A DNA stretch of 37,408 nucleotides, taken from a bacterium (GTDB taxonomy: Bacteria; Zhuqueibacterota; Zhuqueibacteria; Zhuqueibacterales; Zhuqueibacteraceae). Of this stretch, positions 28,462 to 37,408 are shown in pieces (position 1 is the stretch's first letter; each line of letters opens with the position of its first letter). A program made the position numbers and the translations under genes. Below the pieces are notes generated by a model that was not told where the DNA came from, did no database searches, and saw only the letters and a program-made list of their open reading frames with translations. The stretch covers positions 1 to 37,408 of the forward strand of contig JBIOXB010000006.1 in assembly GCA_044869275.1 (NCBI GenBank), given 5' to 3'.

Positions 28462-28594
28462 CTCATTGCACCTTCATGATAAATTCCGATGCCGGTGAAA
28501 ATTAAACCCGGCGCGGGGAAATTCTCAATCAGTCAGGCTCTCATTCTTCATGAGTTTTGCCCCTGATTATCTTGCCAGGTGCACGCGGATTAAC

Positions 28595-28613
28595 TGTAGG
28601 CCTTTTACCTACA
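28595..28613. promoter_or_regulatory. Perfect inverted repeat TGTAGG-N7-CCTACA in the divergent intergenic region
   Basis: Read directly as TGTAGG CCTTTTA CCTACA. Related sites at 28549-28567 (CATGAG-N7-CCTGAT) and 28618-28636 (TGTCGG-N7-TGGACA). Confidence 0.55.
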
Positions 28614-28833
28614 CGCATGTCGGATTCTTTTGGACAGCGGGCCGCATCGAGTTCAGTTTGAATGGCAAGAAATCGGGTTTTAATCCCGGGACCAAGCGTG
28701 TTCATGCAAAAAAAGTTTGCGCAGACTCAATTAAGACTTGCGGCTTTACCACGTATCGACTAAATTAAATGGTGGCGCCGTTACGGCGCGAGGCGAGGAA
28801 GGAAACGATACTGCGCAAACTGTGAGGCGAAAG

Positions 28834-29823
28834 ATGGTTCATGACACAAAGGGATCGGTCGTGCCTTCTTCTCTGCACAGACACTACGAGGCGGTGCTCA
28901 AGGCCCTCTGCGAGGGCCGCGTCATTCCCTTCCTGGGCGCGGAAGCCAACTTGTGTGGCCGGCCGGCTAACCAAAATTGGAAGAACGGCCAAAGCGAGTT
29001 CTTGCCCAGCGACAGCGAGCTTGCCGAGCACCTCGTAAAAAAATTTGGCGGCCCGCAAGAGAACGACGCTTCCAACCTCTTGCATGTATCACAATATGTT
29101 GCCGTCACGGCCGGTGCACGCCGACTCTATGATCAGCTCCACCAGCTCTTCGACCGCGATTATCCTCCGACTCCTCTGCATCAGCTCCTGGCCAGCATCC
29201 CTTCGGTTTTGCGTGCGAAATATGATCCCGCTCCATACCCGCTCATGGTTACGACCAACTATGATGATCTTCTGGAGAGAGCGTTTCGCGATGCGAATGA
29301 GCCGTGCGACGTGGTGGCTTATGTCGCTGAGGGGGTGAACCAGGGCAAGTTCCTGCATCAGCCGCCCGAGGGCGAGGCCCGGTTGATTGAAAGACCGAAT
29401 GAATACCGCGGCCTCATGCTCAAGCAGCGCGCGGCCATTCTCAAAATTCACGGCGCCGTGGATCGCAACGCGCCCGAACATGACAGTTTTGTGATTACCG
29501 AAGACCACTACATCAACTTTTTGACCCGTACCGACATCTCCAACTTGGTGCCGGTAACTCTGGCGGCCAAATTGCGCAAAAGCCACTTTCTGTTCCTGGG
29601 CTATCGTTTACGCGACTGGAACCTGCGCATCATCCTGCATCGTATTTGGGGCGAGCAAAAGCTGGGCTACCAGTCGTGGGCCATCCAAGCCAACCCGCAA
29701 GAACTCGATCAGCGGCTTTGGAAGCAACGCGAAGTGGACATCGTCAATGTCCCTCTGGATGATTACGTCGCGGAGCTGAGCGCACGGATACAGGCGCCCA
29801 AATCTGCCGGAGGAGAATCGTGA
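28834..29823 (+). CDS. SIR2-like (SIR2_2-type) domain protein, candidate NADase effector
   Basis: VIPFLGAEAN, VTTNYDDLLE, LKIHGAV, VITEDHY and FLFLGYRLRDWN. Start is ATG 28834 or an upstream TTG/GTG. Confidence 0.88.
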   Translation: MVHDTKGSVVPSSLHRHYEAVLKALCEGRVIPFLGAEANLCGRPANQNWKNGQSEFLPSDSELAEHLVKKFGGPQENDASNLLHVSQYVAVTAGARRLYDQLHQLFDRDYPPTPLHQLLASIPSVLRAKYDPAPYPLMVTTNYDDLLERAFRDANEPCDVVAYVAEGVNQGKFLHQPPEGEARLIERPNEYRGLMLKQRAAILKIHGAVDRNAPEHDSFVITEDHYINFLTRTDISNLVPVTLAAKLRKSHFLFLGYRLRDWNLRIILHRIWGEQKLGYQSWAIQANPQELDQRLWKQREVDIVNVPLDDYVAELSARIQAPKSAGGES

Positions 29824-32800
29824 GTTCGACCATTCAACATGCCGTCCGAACCCCTTACAAGGGGCTGATGCCTTATTCGGAAGAAGATGCGCCTTTCTTT
29901 TACGGCCGCGAGGGAGAAAGGGAAATCATCACCGCCAATCTCATGGCTTACAAATTGACGTTGCTGTATGGCGCGAGCGGCGTGGGGAAGAGCTCGGTTT
30001 TACATGCAGGTATCGCCCATCATCTGCGCCAGCTTACCCAAGCGAACTTGGCGGAACGAGGAACGCCCGAGCATGTCGTCGTCGTGTTCAGTGCCTGGCG
30101 CGATGATCCTGTCCTCGGCCTGGCAAACTCTCTCCATGAAACGACCGTGCAGACGCTGGGCCATGAATTGCCCAATCCGGCCTCAGGCCGCCGGTCGCTC
30201 GTCGAGATCTTGCGTGAGTGCAGCGCGCAGACGCGCAGCGACATGATTGTCATTCTCGATCAGTTTGAGGAGTATTTTCTGTACCATCCGCTCGAGGACG
30301 GCTCCGGCACTTTTGCCCGCGAGTTTCCGGCGGCGGTCAATCAGCCGGGTTTGCGCGCCAGCTTCCTCATCGCCATTCGCGATGACGCCCTCGCCAAGCT
30401 GGATCGTTTCAAGGGCCGTATTCCTGGTCTTTTCGACAATTATTTGCGGATTGAGCACCTGGACGACGAAATGGCGCGCGCCGCGATCGAGAAACCCATC
30501 CTGGAATTTAACCGCCTGTATGCCAGAAATGGCGACGCCGTCACGATCACGCCCGCACTGGTCGAAGCTGTCTTGGATCAGGTCAAAACCGGCCGAGTGG
30601 TTTTGAGCGAATCCGGTCGGGGTGTGATCGCCGCCACACCCGGCTCGAAAGCCGGTGTGCGGATTGAGACTCCCTATCTGCAACTGGTGATGTCGCGCTT
30701 GTGGGAGGCGGAGAGACTCACCGGTTCACGCGTCTTGCAGCTTGAAACCCTTGACCGTCTTGGCGGAGCCGAACGCATCGTGCGGACGCATCTGGATACC
30801 GCCATGACGAGCTTAACACCTGGCGAGGCGGAAGCCGCTGCGCGTGTCTTCCGTTACCTGGTTACGCCGACGGGCACTAAAATTGCTCACACTGTTCTGG
30901 ACCTGGCGGAGTTTGCACAATTAACACAAGCTCAGCTTGGCCTCCTGCTGCACAAGCTTTCCAGTTCGGACTTGCGCATACTACGGCCAGTGGCTCCGCC
31001 GCCGGACCGGCCGGAGGCGCCTTATTATGAGGTCTTTCACGACGTGTTGGCGCCTGCGATTCTAAGCTGGCGGTCGCGGTTCGTTCAAGCCCAAGAATTG
31101 GCCCAAGAAAAACAACGCGCCGAAAAGCAGCGGCGCCGCGCCGAGGAAAAGGCTAAAAGCGCAGCGCGTCTGCGCCGCTTGGTGATCGCTTTGGCGATGG
31201 CCTCGGCGCTGGCGGCTGGAGCAGCGGTAATGGCGTGGTTGCAATGGCGGCACGCAATTTCAGCCCGGCAGGCTGCCGAAACCGAACGCAATCTCGCCGT
31301 GCAGCAGGCTCGGATTGCGGACAGTTTGCGGATCGCACAGCTTGCCGCAGTGGATACCGCTGAAGCCCGGAGCCTGCAAATCGAGAAGGCGCGGGCACTT
31401 ACAGCGCTTTCGCGCTCACGAGAATTGGCAGCGCAAGCGAATAAGAGCTTAACCGAAGATCCGGAGCTGAGTATTCTATTGGCTCTGCATGCTGCGGCAG
31501 TGACGTATTCGATTGATGAGACCATTACGCCGGAAGTGTACGATGCGCTGAATCGCGCGGTGCAGTCTTCGCGCATCCGCGAAGTTCTATCCGGCCACAA
31601 AAGTTCAGTGCAAGATCTCGCATTTGATCCTGAAGGCGAACGTCTGGCCTCCGCCAGCCTGGATGGAACCGTGATTGTTTGGAATGCCCTTTCCGGCAAA
31701 AAATTGCTCACATTAACTGGCCACAAGGCAGCGATTTATGGTGTAGCCTTCAGCCCGGACGGAAAGCTCTTGGCCACGGGCCACGTCGATGGAAAGGCGA
31801 TAGTGCATGACCTCTCCTCCGGGCAAATTGTGCTCACACTCAACGGGCATACCGCTGCCGTTCACGATCTCGTCTTCAGCCCGGACGGATTCCGGCTGGT
31901 CACGGTAGATTCAGATGGAAAGGCCGCGGTGTGGGAGGTTCCCTCCGGCCGGGAGTTGCGCACTCTCACTGCCCATACCACAGCCATCAATTGCGTGGCT
32001 TTCAGTCCGGATGGGAAGCGCCTGGCAACCGCTGGCAGAGAAGGAATGGTCAAAGTATGGGATGCTCTATCCGGCAAAGAACTGCGCGCCTTCACCAGCC
32101 ACACCGCCGCGGTTTACAGCCTGGCCTTCAGCCCCGATGGGGCGCGGTTAGCAACGGCTGGCGCTGATTGGAAGACCAAATTGTGGAATTTAAATTCCGG
32201 TCAAGAAATACGCACTCTTACCGGGCACACCTCGCCGGTGAGTAGTGTTGCATTTTCTCCCAACGGGAGATTTCTGGCAACGGCTGGCAGCAATGGCAAT
32301 GTGAAAATGTGGGATCTTGTTTCTAACCAGGAGTTGGCTATCGTACCCGGACATTCTGCCGGTGTGGTCAGCCTTGTCTTTAGCCCGAATGGCCGCCACC
32401 TCGCCTCGGCAGGCGCCGATCGCAAAGTGAGAATTTGGGACGTTTCCCCAGGCCAGGAGTTGTTGGTTCTGAGCCACGCTGCAGCGGTAAACGGCGTCGT
32501 CTTCAGCCCGGATCGCAGCCGGCTGGCTACGGCGAGCGCAGATGGCAAGGCCACAGTTTGGAATGCTTCTTCTGGTGCAGAGTTGCTTACTTTCTCCGGC
32601 CATACCGAAGCAGTAAATTGCATCGCTTTTAGTTTGGACGGAAAACTCCTGGCGACAGGAAGTGATGACAATACCGCTCAGGTCTGGGAAGCAGGCAGCG
32701 GAAGGAGAATTGCCCGCTTGTCGCACGAGGGCGATGTGAAATCTGTTGCTTTTGGTCAGAATGGGAGGTTTTTAGCTACGGCCAGCTTTGACAAATTGGC

Positions 32801-33428
32801 AAGAATATGGGATCTCACGACAGGCCAGCAAGTCGCATTTTCCGGCCATACGCACTGGGTGCAAGCTGTCGCCTTCAACTTCGAGGGAACGCGTTTGGCA
32901 TCCGCCAGCTCAGACCGGACCGCCAAACTCTGGGACATTTCATCGGGCCAGGAGCTGTTTACACTGTCGCGCCATACGGGGGCGGTGAATGACCTCGACT
33001 TCGGTCCGGATGACCGGCACATTGCCACGGCGAGTGCGGATGGCACGGTCAGGGTGTGGGACGCCGCTTCCGGCAGGGAAGTGCTTTCCTTTGGCGAGCG
33101 CGATGCCGGAATCAATGATGTGGAATTCAGCCCCGATGGGACGCGCCTGGCCACGGCCAACGCCGATGGCATCGTGAAATTGTGGGTCGCTGCTTCTGGT
33201 CAACCGTTGCTCGCTCTGCACAGCCACAGCGCTGCAGTGAATCAAGTTGATTTCAGTCCGGACGGCAGGCGCCTGGCCACGGCCAGCAGTGACAAAACAG
33301 CAAAAGTGCATGCCTTGATTGCCGAGGACCTGATCGCCCTGGCGCGGAGGCGCGTGACCCGTTCCTTGACTGTTGAGGAGTGCCGGAGATTTCTGTATGC
33401 GGAGAATTGCCCGCCCCTGCCATTTTAG
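29820..33428 (+). CDS. nSTAND1-type NTPase with TM helix and 14 WD40 repeats
   Basis: PYKGL..FYGRE, Walker A GASGVGKSS, Walker B ILDQFEE, PYLQL and YEVFHD. Coiled coil, then TM LVIALAMASALAAGAAVMAWL, then 14 GH..AFSPDG..W repeats. GTG start overlaps the SIR2 stop (GTGA) after an AGGAGA RBS. Confidence 0.92.
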   Translation: MSSTIQHAVRTPYKGLMPYSEEDAPFFYGREGEREIITANLMAYKLTLLYGASGVGKSSVLHAGIAHHLRQLTQANLAERGTPEHVVVVFSAWRDDPVLGLANSLHETTVQTLGHELPNPASGRRSLVEILRECSAQTRSDMIVILDQFEEYFLYHPLEDGSGTFAREFPAAVNQPGLRASFLIAIRDDALAKLDRFKGRIPGLFDNYLRIEHLDDEMARAAIEKPILEFNRLYARNGDAVTITPALVEAVLDQVKTGRVVLSESGRGVIAATPGSKAGVRIETPYLQLVMSRLWEAERLTGSRVLQLETLDRLGGAERIVRTHLDTAMTSLTPGEAEAAARVFRYLVTPTGTKIAHTVLDLAEFAQLTQAQLGLLLHKLSSSDLRILRPVAPPPDRPEAPYYEVFHDVLAPAILSWRSRFVQAQELAQEKQRAEKQRRRAEEKAKSAARLRRLVIALAMASALAAGAAVMAWLQWRHAISARQAAETERNLAVQQARIADSLRIAQLAAVDTAEARSLQIEKARALTALSRSRELAAQANKSLTEDPELSILLALHAAAVTYSIDETITPEVYDALNRAVQSSRIREVLSGHKSSVQDLAFDPEGERLASASLDGTVIVWNALSGKKLLTLTGHKAAIYGVAFSPDGKLLATGHVDGKAIVHDLSSGQIVLTLNGHTAAVHDLVFSPDGFRLVTVDSDGKAAVWEVPSGRELRTLTAHTTAINCVAFSPDGKRLATAGREGMVKVWDALSGKELRAFTSHTAAVYSLAFSPDGARLATAGADWKTKLWNLNSGQEIRTLTGHTSPVSSVAFSPNGRFLATAGSNGNVKMWDLVSNQELAIVPGHSAGVVSLVFSPNGRHLASAGADRKVRIWDVSPGQELLVLSHAAAVNGVVFSPDRSRLATASADGKATVWNASSGAELLTFSGHTEAVNCIAFSLDGKLLATGSDDNTAQVWEAGSGRRIARLSHEGDVKSVAFGQNGRFLATASFDKLARIWDLTTGQQVAFSGHTHWVQAVAFNFEGTRLASASSDRTAKLWDISSGQELFTLSRHTGAVNDLDFGPDDRHIATASADGTVRVWDAASGREVLSFGERDAGINDVEFSPDGTRLATANADGIVKLWVAASGQPLLALHSHSAAVNQVDFSPDGRRLATASSDKTAKVHALIAEDLIALARRRVTRSLTVEECRRFLYAENCPPLPF
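31586..33315 (+). repeat. WD40 repeat array (14 units of about 41-42 codons)
   Basis: 14 units counted from LSGHKSSV to LHSHSAAV..KVHAL. Units are diverged at DNA level. Confidence 0.85.
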
Positions 33429-33566
33429 CCTCCCGGCATATATGCAATTCTTGAGGCAGCGAAGCCCGGAACGCGTGGTTGGTGTCGAGAAGATACTTAT
33501 GCCGAAAGACAACGTCAGCGACATAGACATCGTATTACAATCTTTTGCACTGCAACAGGAGCCGAA

Positions 33567-35618
33567 GTGAATACATCGAAGCAGAAATCACGGCGCGCAT
33601 TGCCGGTTGCCCCTTCCCCGACCACGGCCTCGCAAAAAAAAAGGAACCCGATCAAAAAGGCCAAAACCAGGGCATCGTCCCGGCATGCTCGCCCGCAGCG
33701 ATCTGCTGCCGTTGGAAAGCGTGCCAGGCCCCGGCCCTTCGACCGGCGGTATACAAGAGCTGATATGCGCGTTTCCGCTGGCGGTCTGGAAGCTCTCAAC
33801 GAAGTATTGCAGCGCACCCATGAGCGGCTCGAAGAATCGTGGCATTATGCCCGTACCATCGTGGAGACCGTGCGCGAGTCCCTGGTCGTGCTTGATGGAG
33901 AGTTGCGTGTAAAAGCCGCCAACCGCGCCTTTTACCAGACCTTTCGCGTCAAGCCGGATGACATTGAGAACCGCTTCATCTATGAATTGGGGAGGGGGCA
34001 ATGGAACATTGCGCAATTGCGCGAACAGTTGCAGCAGATTATTCTCGAAAACTCCGAATTTGAAGACTTCAAGGTGACGCACGAATTCCCCGTCATCGGA
34101 CGCAAGACCGTCCTGTTCAGCGCACGGCGCCTCCATCAGGTTGCGAAACTCCGGCCACTGATTCTGCTGGCGGTAGAAGATGTCTCCGGGCGTCAGCAAG
34201 CCGAAGAAGTGCTGGCGAAGTCACACGATTTCTATCTGAGACTGTTCGAGGAGTTCCCAGCGATGATCTGGCGATCCGGCTTGGACGCGAGATTCAATTA
34301 TTTCAACAAGAGCTGGCTGAGCTTTGCCGGCAAAACGCTGGAACAAGAATGTGGTGAAGATTGGGCTGAGCGGGTCCATCCGGAGGAATTGGAAGCCTGT
34401 GTCAGAACTTATCTGCATGCCTTTCACAACCGCCTGCCGTTTGAAATGGAACATCGCCTGCGCCGTCGCGATGGTGCGTATTGTTGGGTCGCTGATTCTG
34501 GCCGGCCGTACCAGGATTGGGAGGATAACTTCGCCGGGTTCCTCGGCGCTTGCTACGACATCACTGCGCGCAAGCAGGCGGACGAAAAGCTGCGGGCGAT
34601 CATGGAAGCAGTGCCGGATGCCATCGTGGTAGCCGATAAAAATCTCAAGATCATGCTGGCCAATGCGCAAACGGAGGCGACATTCGGATATACGCGCGCG
34701 GAACTGCTCGGCGAAAGCGTCGAACGGTTGATCCCCGAGCGTTTCCGCGAGTCGCATCGCCGGCACCTCGCCGGTTATTTGGCAGCGCCCAAGCGGAGGC
34801 TCATGGACCAGGCGCTCGAGTTGCATGCCCTGCGCCGGAACGGCAGCGAGTTCCCGGTAGAGATCAGCCTGTGCCCGCTCACCACCGACGAAGGCGTTTT
34901 CGTTTCCGCCGTCATCCGCGATATCACCTCACAAAAGCTGGCAGAACAAGCGCTGCATCAGAAAGAGCAACAATTGCGCGACCTTTCACTGCACTTGGAG
35001 GAGGCCCGCGAACGAGAACGTTCGCATCTGGCGCGCGAGATTCACGATGAACTCGGGCAAATGCTGACGGCGTTGAAAATGGATGTGTCTTGGCTGCAGG
35101 GGAAATTGCCGCGAGATCAGCAGGTGCTGCAGCAGAAAACCAGCGCCATGGTCAAACTCATCAATACGACGATGCAGGCAGTGCAGCGCATTGCCTCTGA
35201 ATTGCGTCCCGGGGTGTTGGACGATCTCGGCCTCTCTGCCGCCATCGAGTGGCTGGCCGAACAGTTCCGCCTGCGCTCGAATGTTGCATTCGAGGTGCTC
35301 CAACAACCGGAAGATTTGGATCTGGATCGCGAGCGTTCCACCACGGTTTTCCGCATCTTGCAGGAAGCCTTGACCAATGTCACCCGCCACGCCATGGCGA
35401 CAGAAGTCACCATCAGTTTGTTCAAGAGAGAGAGAAAGCTGTTGCTGACGGTGAGAGATAACGGCAAAGGCATCACCGCGGCCCAGAGCTCAGCCTCGCG
35501 CTCACTGGGGTTGCTCGGCATGCGAGAGCGCGTGCAGCCTTGGGGAGGCAAAGTCAAAATCAAAGGCCGGCCCAATCGCGGCACGGTCGTATTTGTGAGT
35601 CTCCCGCTATCCGAGTAA
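33567..35618 (+). CDS. Soluble multi-PAS histidine kinase, HisKA_3 (NarX/UhpB-type)
   Basis: GTG start after AGGAG. Three PAS/PAC domains. H-box LAREIHDELGQ, ELRPGVLDDLGL, QEALTNVTRHA, DNGKG and GLLGMRER. Confidence 0.94.
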   Translation: MNTSKQKSRRALPVAPSPTTASQKKRNPIKKAKTRASSRHARPQRSAAVGKRARPRPFDRRYTRADMRVSAGGLEALNEVLQRTHERLEESWHYARTIVETVRESLVVLDGELRVKAANRAFYQTFRVKPDDIENRFIYELGRGQWNIAQLREQLQQIILENSEFEDFKVTHEFPVIGRKTVLFSARRLHQVAKLRPLILLAVEDVSGRQQAEEVLAKSHDFYLRLFEEFPAMIWRSGLDARFNYFNKSWLSFAGKTLEQECGEDWAERVHPEELEACVRTYLHAFHNRLPFEMEHRLRRRDGAYCWVADSGRPYQDWEDNFAGFLGACYDITARKQADEKLRAIMEAVPDAIVVADKNLKIMLANAQTEATFGYTRAELLGESVERLIPERFRESHRRHLAGYLAAPKRRLMDQALELHALRRNGSEFPVEISLCPLTTDEGVFVSAVIRDITSQKLAEQALHQKEQQLRDLSLHLEEARERERSHLAREIHDELGQMLTALKMDVSWLQGKLPRDQQVLQQKTSAMVKLINTTMQAVQRIASELRPGVLDDLGLSAAIEWLAEQFRLRSNVAFEVLQQPEDLDLDRERSTTVFRILQEALTNVTRHAMATEVTISLFKRERKLLLTVRDNGKGITAAQSSASRSLGLLGMRERVQPWGGKVKIKGRPNRGTVVFVSLPLSE

Positions 35619-35717
35619 TCTCGTACCAGCACAGTCCATTGAAATACCTGTTTTCTCGACCTGCGTGAGCGGCATCCAGATCGGGATGGGCAAATCTCCA
35701 CTTCACACCACAGAGTT

Positions 35718-37408
35718 ATGCTTATGAAAACGAAATCCGATTCCAAACAAAACGGAAAAGCAGCGCAACTCACGGCAGCGGAAGCGTCGGCCATGCGGCA
35801 GCTTTTGCGCTGCCTGACGGCTGTGCAGAAGGGAGACTTTTCGGTGCGGCTGCCCACCGATTGGATCGGCCTCGAGGGAAAGATCGCGGATGCCTTCAAC
35901 GACATCGTCGCGGTAAACGAGCGGATGTCCAAGGAGCTCCGGCGGGTCAGCCGGGCGGTCGGCAAGCAGGGTCGAATCGGGCAGCGCGCGGAGTTCACCA
36001 CCGCCGGCGGCGCCTGGCACGAGATGGAGGAGTCGGTCAACTCGCTCATCAGCGACTTGGTCTGGCCGACGATTGAAGTGACCCGCACCATTGGTGCCGT
36101 GGCCAAAGGCGATCTCACGCAGACCATGAGCCTGGAGCGTGATGGCCAGCCGCTCGAAGGCGAGTTTCTGCGTTCAGCGAAGATCGTCAACACCATGATC
36201 GCGCAGCTCGGCGTCTTTACTTCAGAAGTAACGCGTGTGGCGCGCGAGGTCGGCACGGAAGGGAAGTTGGGCGGCCAAGCGCAAGTGCTGAAGGTGAGTG
36301 GCGTGTGGAAGGACCTGACCGAGAGTGTGAACTTGATGGCCGGCAACCTCACCGCGCAGGTGCGCAATATCGCCGAGGTCACGATCGCCGTGGCCAGCGG
36401 TGATCTTTCCAAGAAAATCACGGTGGACGTGCGCGGCGAAATCCTGCAGTTGAAAGAGGCGATCAACACCATGGTCGATCAACTGCGCTCCTTCGCGGCG
36501 GAAGTGACACGCGTGGCGCGCGAGGTGGGCACCGATGGCAAGCTCGGCGGCCAGGCCATCGTTCCGGGCGTCGCGGGCACCTGGAAAGATTTGACCGATA
36601 GCGTCAATTTTATGGCGAGCAATCTCACGGCGCAAGTGCGCAACATCGCAGAAGTTGCCAGCGCCGTGGCGCGCGGAGATTTATCGCGCAAGATTACGGT
36701 GGACGTCAAGGGCGAAATCTTAGAGTTGAAAAACACCATCAATACCATGGTGGATCAGTTGAATGCGTTTGCGGCGGAAGTGACGCGCGTGGCGCGCGAG
36801 GTGGGCACCGATGGCAAGCTCGGCGGCCAGGCCGTGGTGCCGGGCGTGGCCGGCATTTGGAAAGATTTGACCGACAACGTCAACTCCATGGGCAGCAACC
36901 TCACCGCGCAAGTGCGCAACATCGCCGAAGTTTCCACCGCGATTGCCAACGGCGATCTTTCCAAGAAAATCACGGTGGATGTCAAGGGGGAGATTTTGGA
37001 GTTGAAAAACACCATCAATACCATGGTGGATCAGTTGAATGCGTTTGGGGCGGAAGTGACGCGCGTGGCGCGCGAGGTGGGCACCGACGGCAAGCTGGGT
37101 GGTCAAGCCCAGGTTCCCGGCGTCGCCGGCGCTTGGAAGGATTTGACCGACAACGTCAACTCGATGGCGAGTAACCTCACCTCCCAAGTCCGCAACATTG
37201 CCGAAGTCGCCACGGCCGTGGCGCGCGGCGACCTCTCGCGCAAGATCACGGTGTCCGCGCAGGGCGAGGTGCTCGAGCTCAAGAACACCATCAACGTCAT
37301 GGTGGACCAGCTCAACTCGTTCGCGGCCGAAGTGACGCGCGTGTCGAAGGAAGTGGGTACCGAAGGACGCCTGGGCGGCCAGGCCGACGTGAAGGGCGTC
37401 TCGGGCAC
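35718..37408 (+). CDS. Poly-HAMP histidine kinase (group III/NIK1/OsaA-like), N-terminal part, truncated by window edge
   Basis: Not in the ORF track because it has no stop in the window. Manual translation from ATG 35718/35724 gives ..[77 protein letters not shown], repeating. The kinase core is presumed downstream. Confidence 0.9.
   Translation, partial: MLMKTKSDSKQNGKAAQLTAAEASAMRQLLRCLTAVQKGDFSVRLPTDWIGLEGKIADAFNDIVAVNERMSKELRRVSRAVGKQGRIGQRAEFTTAGGAWHEMEESVNSLISDLVWPTIEVTRTIGAVAKGDLTQTMSLERDGQPLEGEFLRSAKIVNTMIAQLGVFTSEVTRVAREVGTEGKLGGQAQVLKVSGVWKDLTESVNLMAGNLTAQVRNIAEVTIAVASGDLSKKITVDVRGEILQLKEAINTMVDQLRSFAAEVTRVAREVGTDGKLGGQAIVPGVAGTWKDLTDSVNFMASNLTAQVRNIAEVASAVARGDLSRKITVDVKGEILELKNTINTMVDQLNAFAAEVTRVAREVGTDGKLGGQAVVPGVAGIWKDLTDNVNSMGSNLTAQVRNIAEVSTAIANGDLSKKITVDVKGEILELKNTINTMVDQLNAFGAEVTRVAREVGTDGKLGGQAQVPGVAGAWKDLTDNVNSMASNLTSQVRNIAEVATAVARGDLSRKITVSAQGEVLELKNTINVMVDQLNSFAAEVTRVSKEVGTEGRLGGQADVKGVSG
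36225..37408 (+). repeat. 276-bp (92-aa) tandem HAMP repeats
   Basis: The GAAGT(G/A)AC.CG.GT motif (EVTRV) recurs at 36225, 36501, 36777, 37053 and 37329. Confidence 0.92.

Noticed and set aside
31586..33315. WD40 array as a hypervariable or DGR-type diversifying locus
   Set aside because: Units are well diverged at DNA level. No near-identical template/variable repeat pair or reverse transcriptase was seen.
28462..33566. SIR2-STAND cassette as a mobile element
   Set aside because: No integrase, transposase, terminal repeats or target-site duplication could be identified by eye.
35117..37408. Minus-strand ORFs with repeated [17 protein letters not shown]
   Set aside because: Antisense reading of the plus-strand poly-HAMP kinase repeats.
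36225..37408. Regular repeats as a possible CRISPR array
   Set aside because: The period is 276 bp, in frame and protein-coding, with no unique spacers and no cas genes.

Overview
Bacterial chromosomal window with moderately high GC. A T9SS-type NYPNPFN C-terminal domain and a short FCB-style sigma-70 suggest an FCB-group/KSB1-like organism (inference only). The window has two blocks. (1) From 1 to about 27,800 lies a run of 21 co-oriented minus-strand genes, many translationally coupled. It holds two COG4671-type and three GT4 glycosyltransferases, four APH/choline-kinase-like phosphotransferases (two lack the catalytic Asp), two MsbA-like ABC exporters and two DUF5666-like proteins. It also holds a secreted beta-propeller phytase, a sigma-70 factor, an OmpR-type two-component pair, an HPr-kinase-like P-loop protein, a Kelch lipoprotein, an RtcB homolog with several atypical active-site residues, and a TolC lipoprotein cut by the window edge. 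(2) From about 28,000 to 37,408 lie a NarL-type receiver lacking its HTH, a coupled SIR2-like + nSTAND1-TM-14xWD40 gene pair (candidate split NLR/Avs-like system), a 3xPAS HisKA_3 kinase, and the start of a poly-HAMP histidine kinase with 276-bp repeats. Non-coding signals are a TGTA(A/G)G-N7-CCTA(C/T)A palindrome shared by two promoter regions, an 11-bp-spaced TTCACA direct repeat, and a heptamer-periodic hairpin element. No rRNA, tRNA, CRISPR array or transposase was recognised. All family assignments come from motif recognition by eye, not from database searches.
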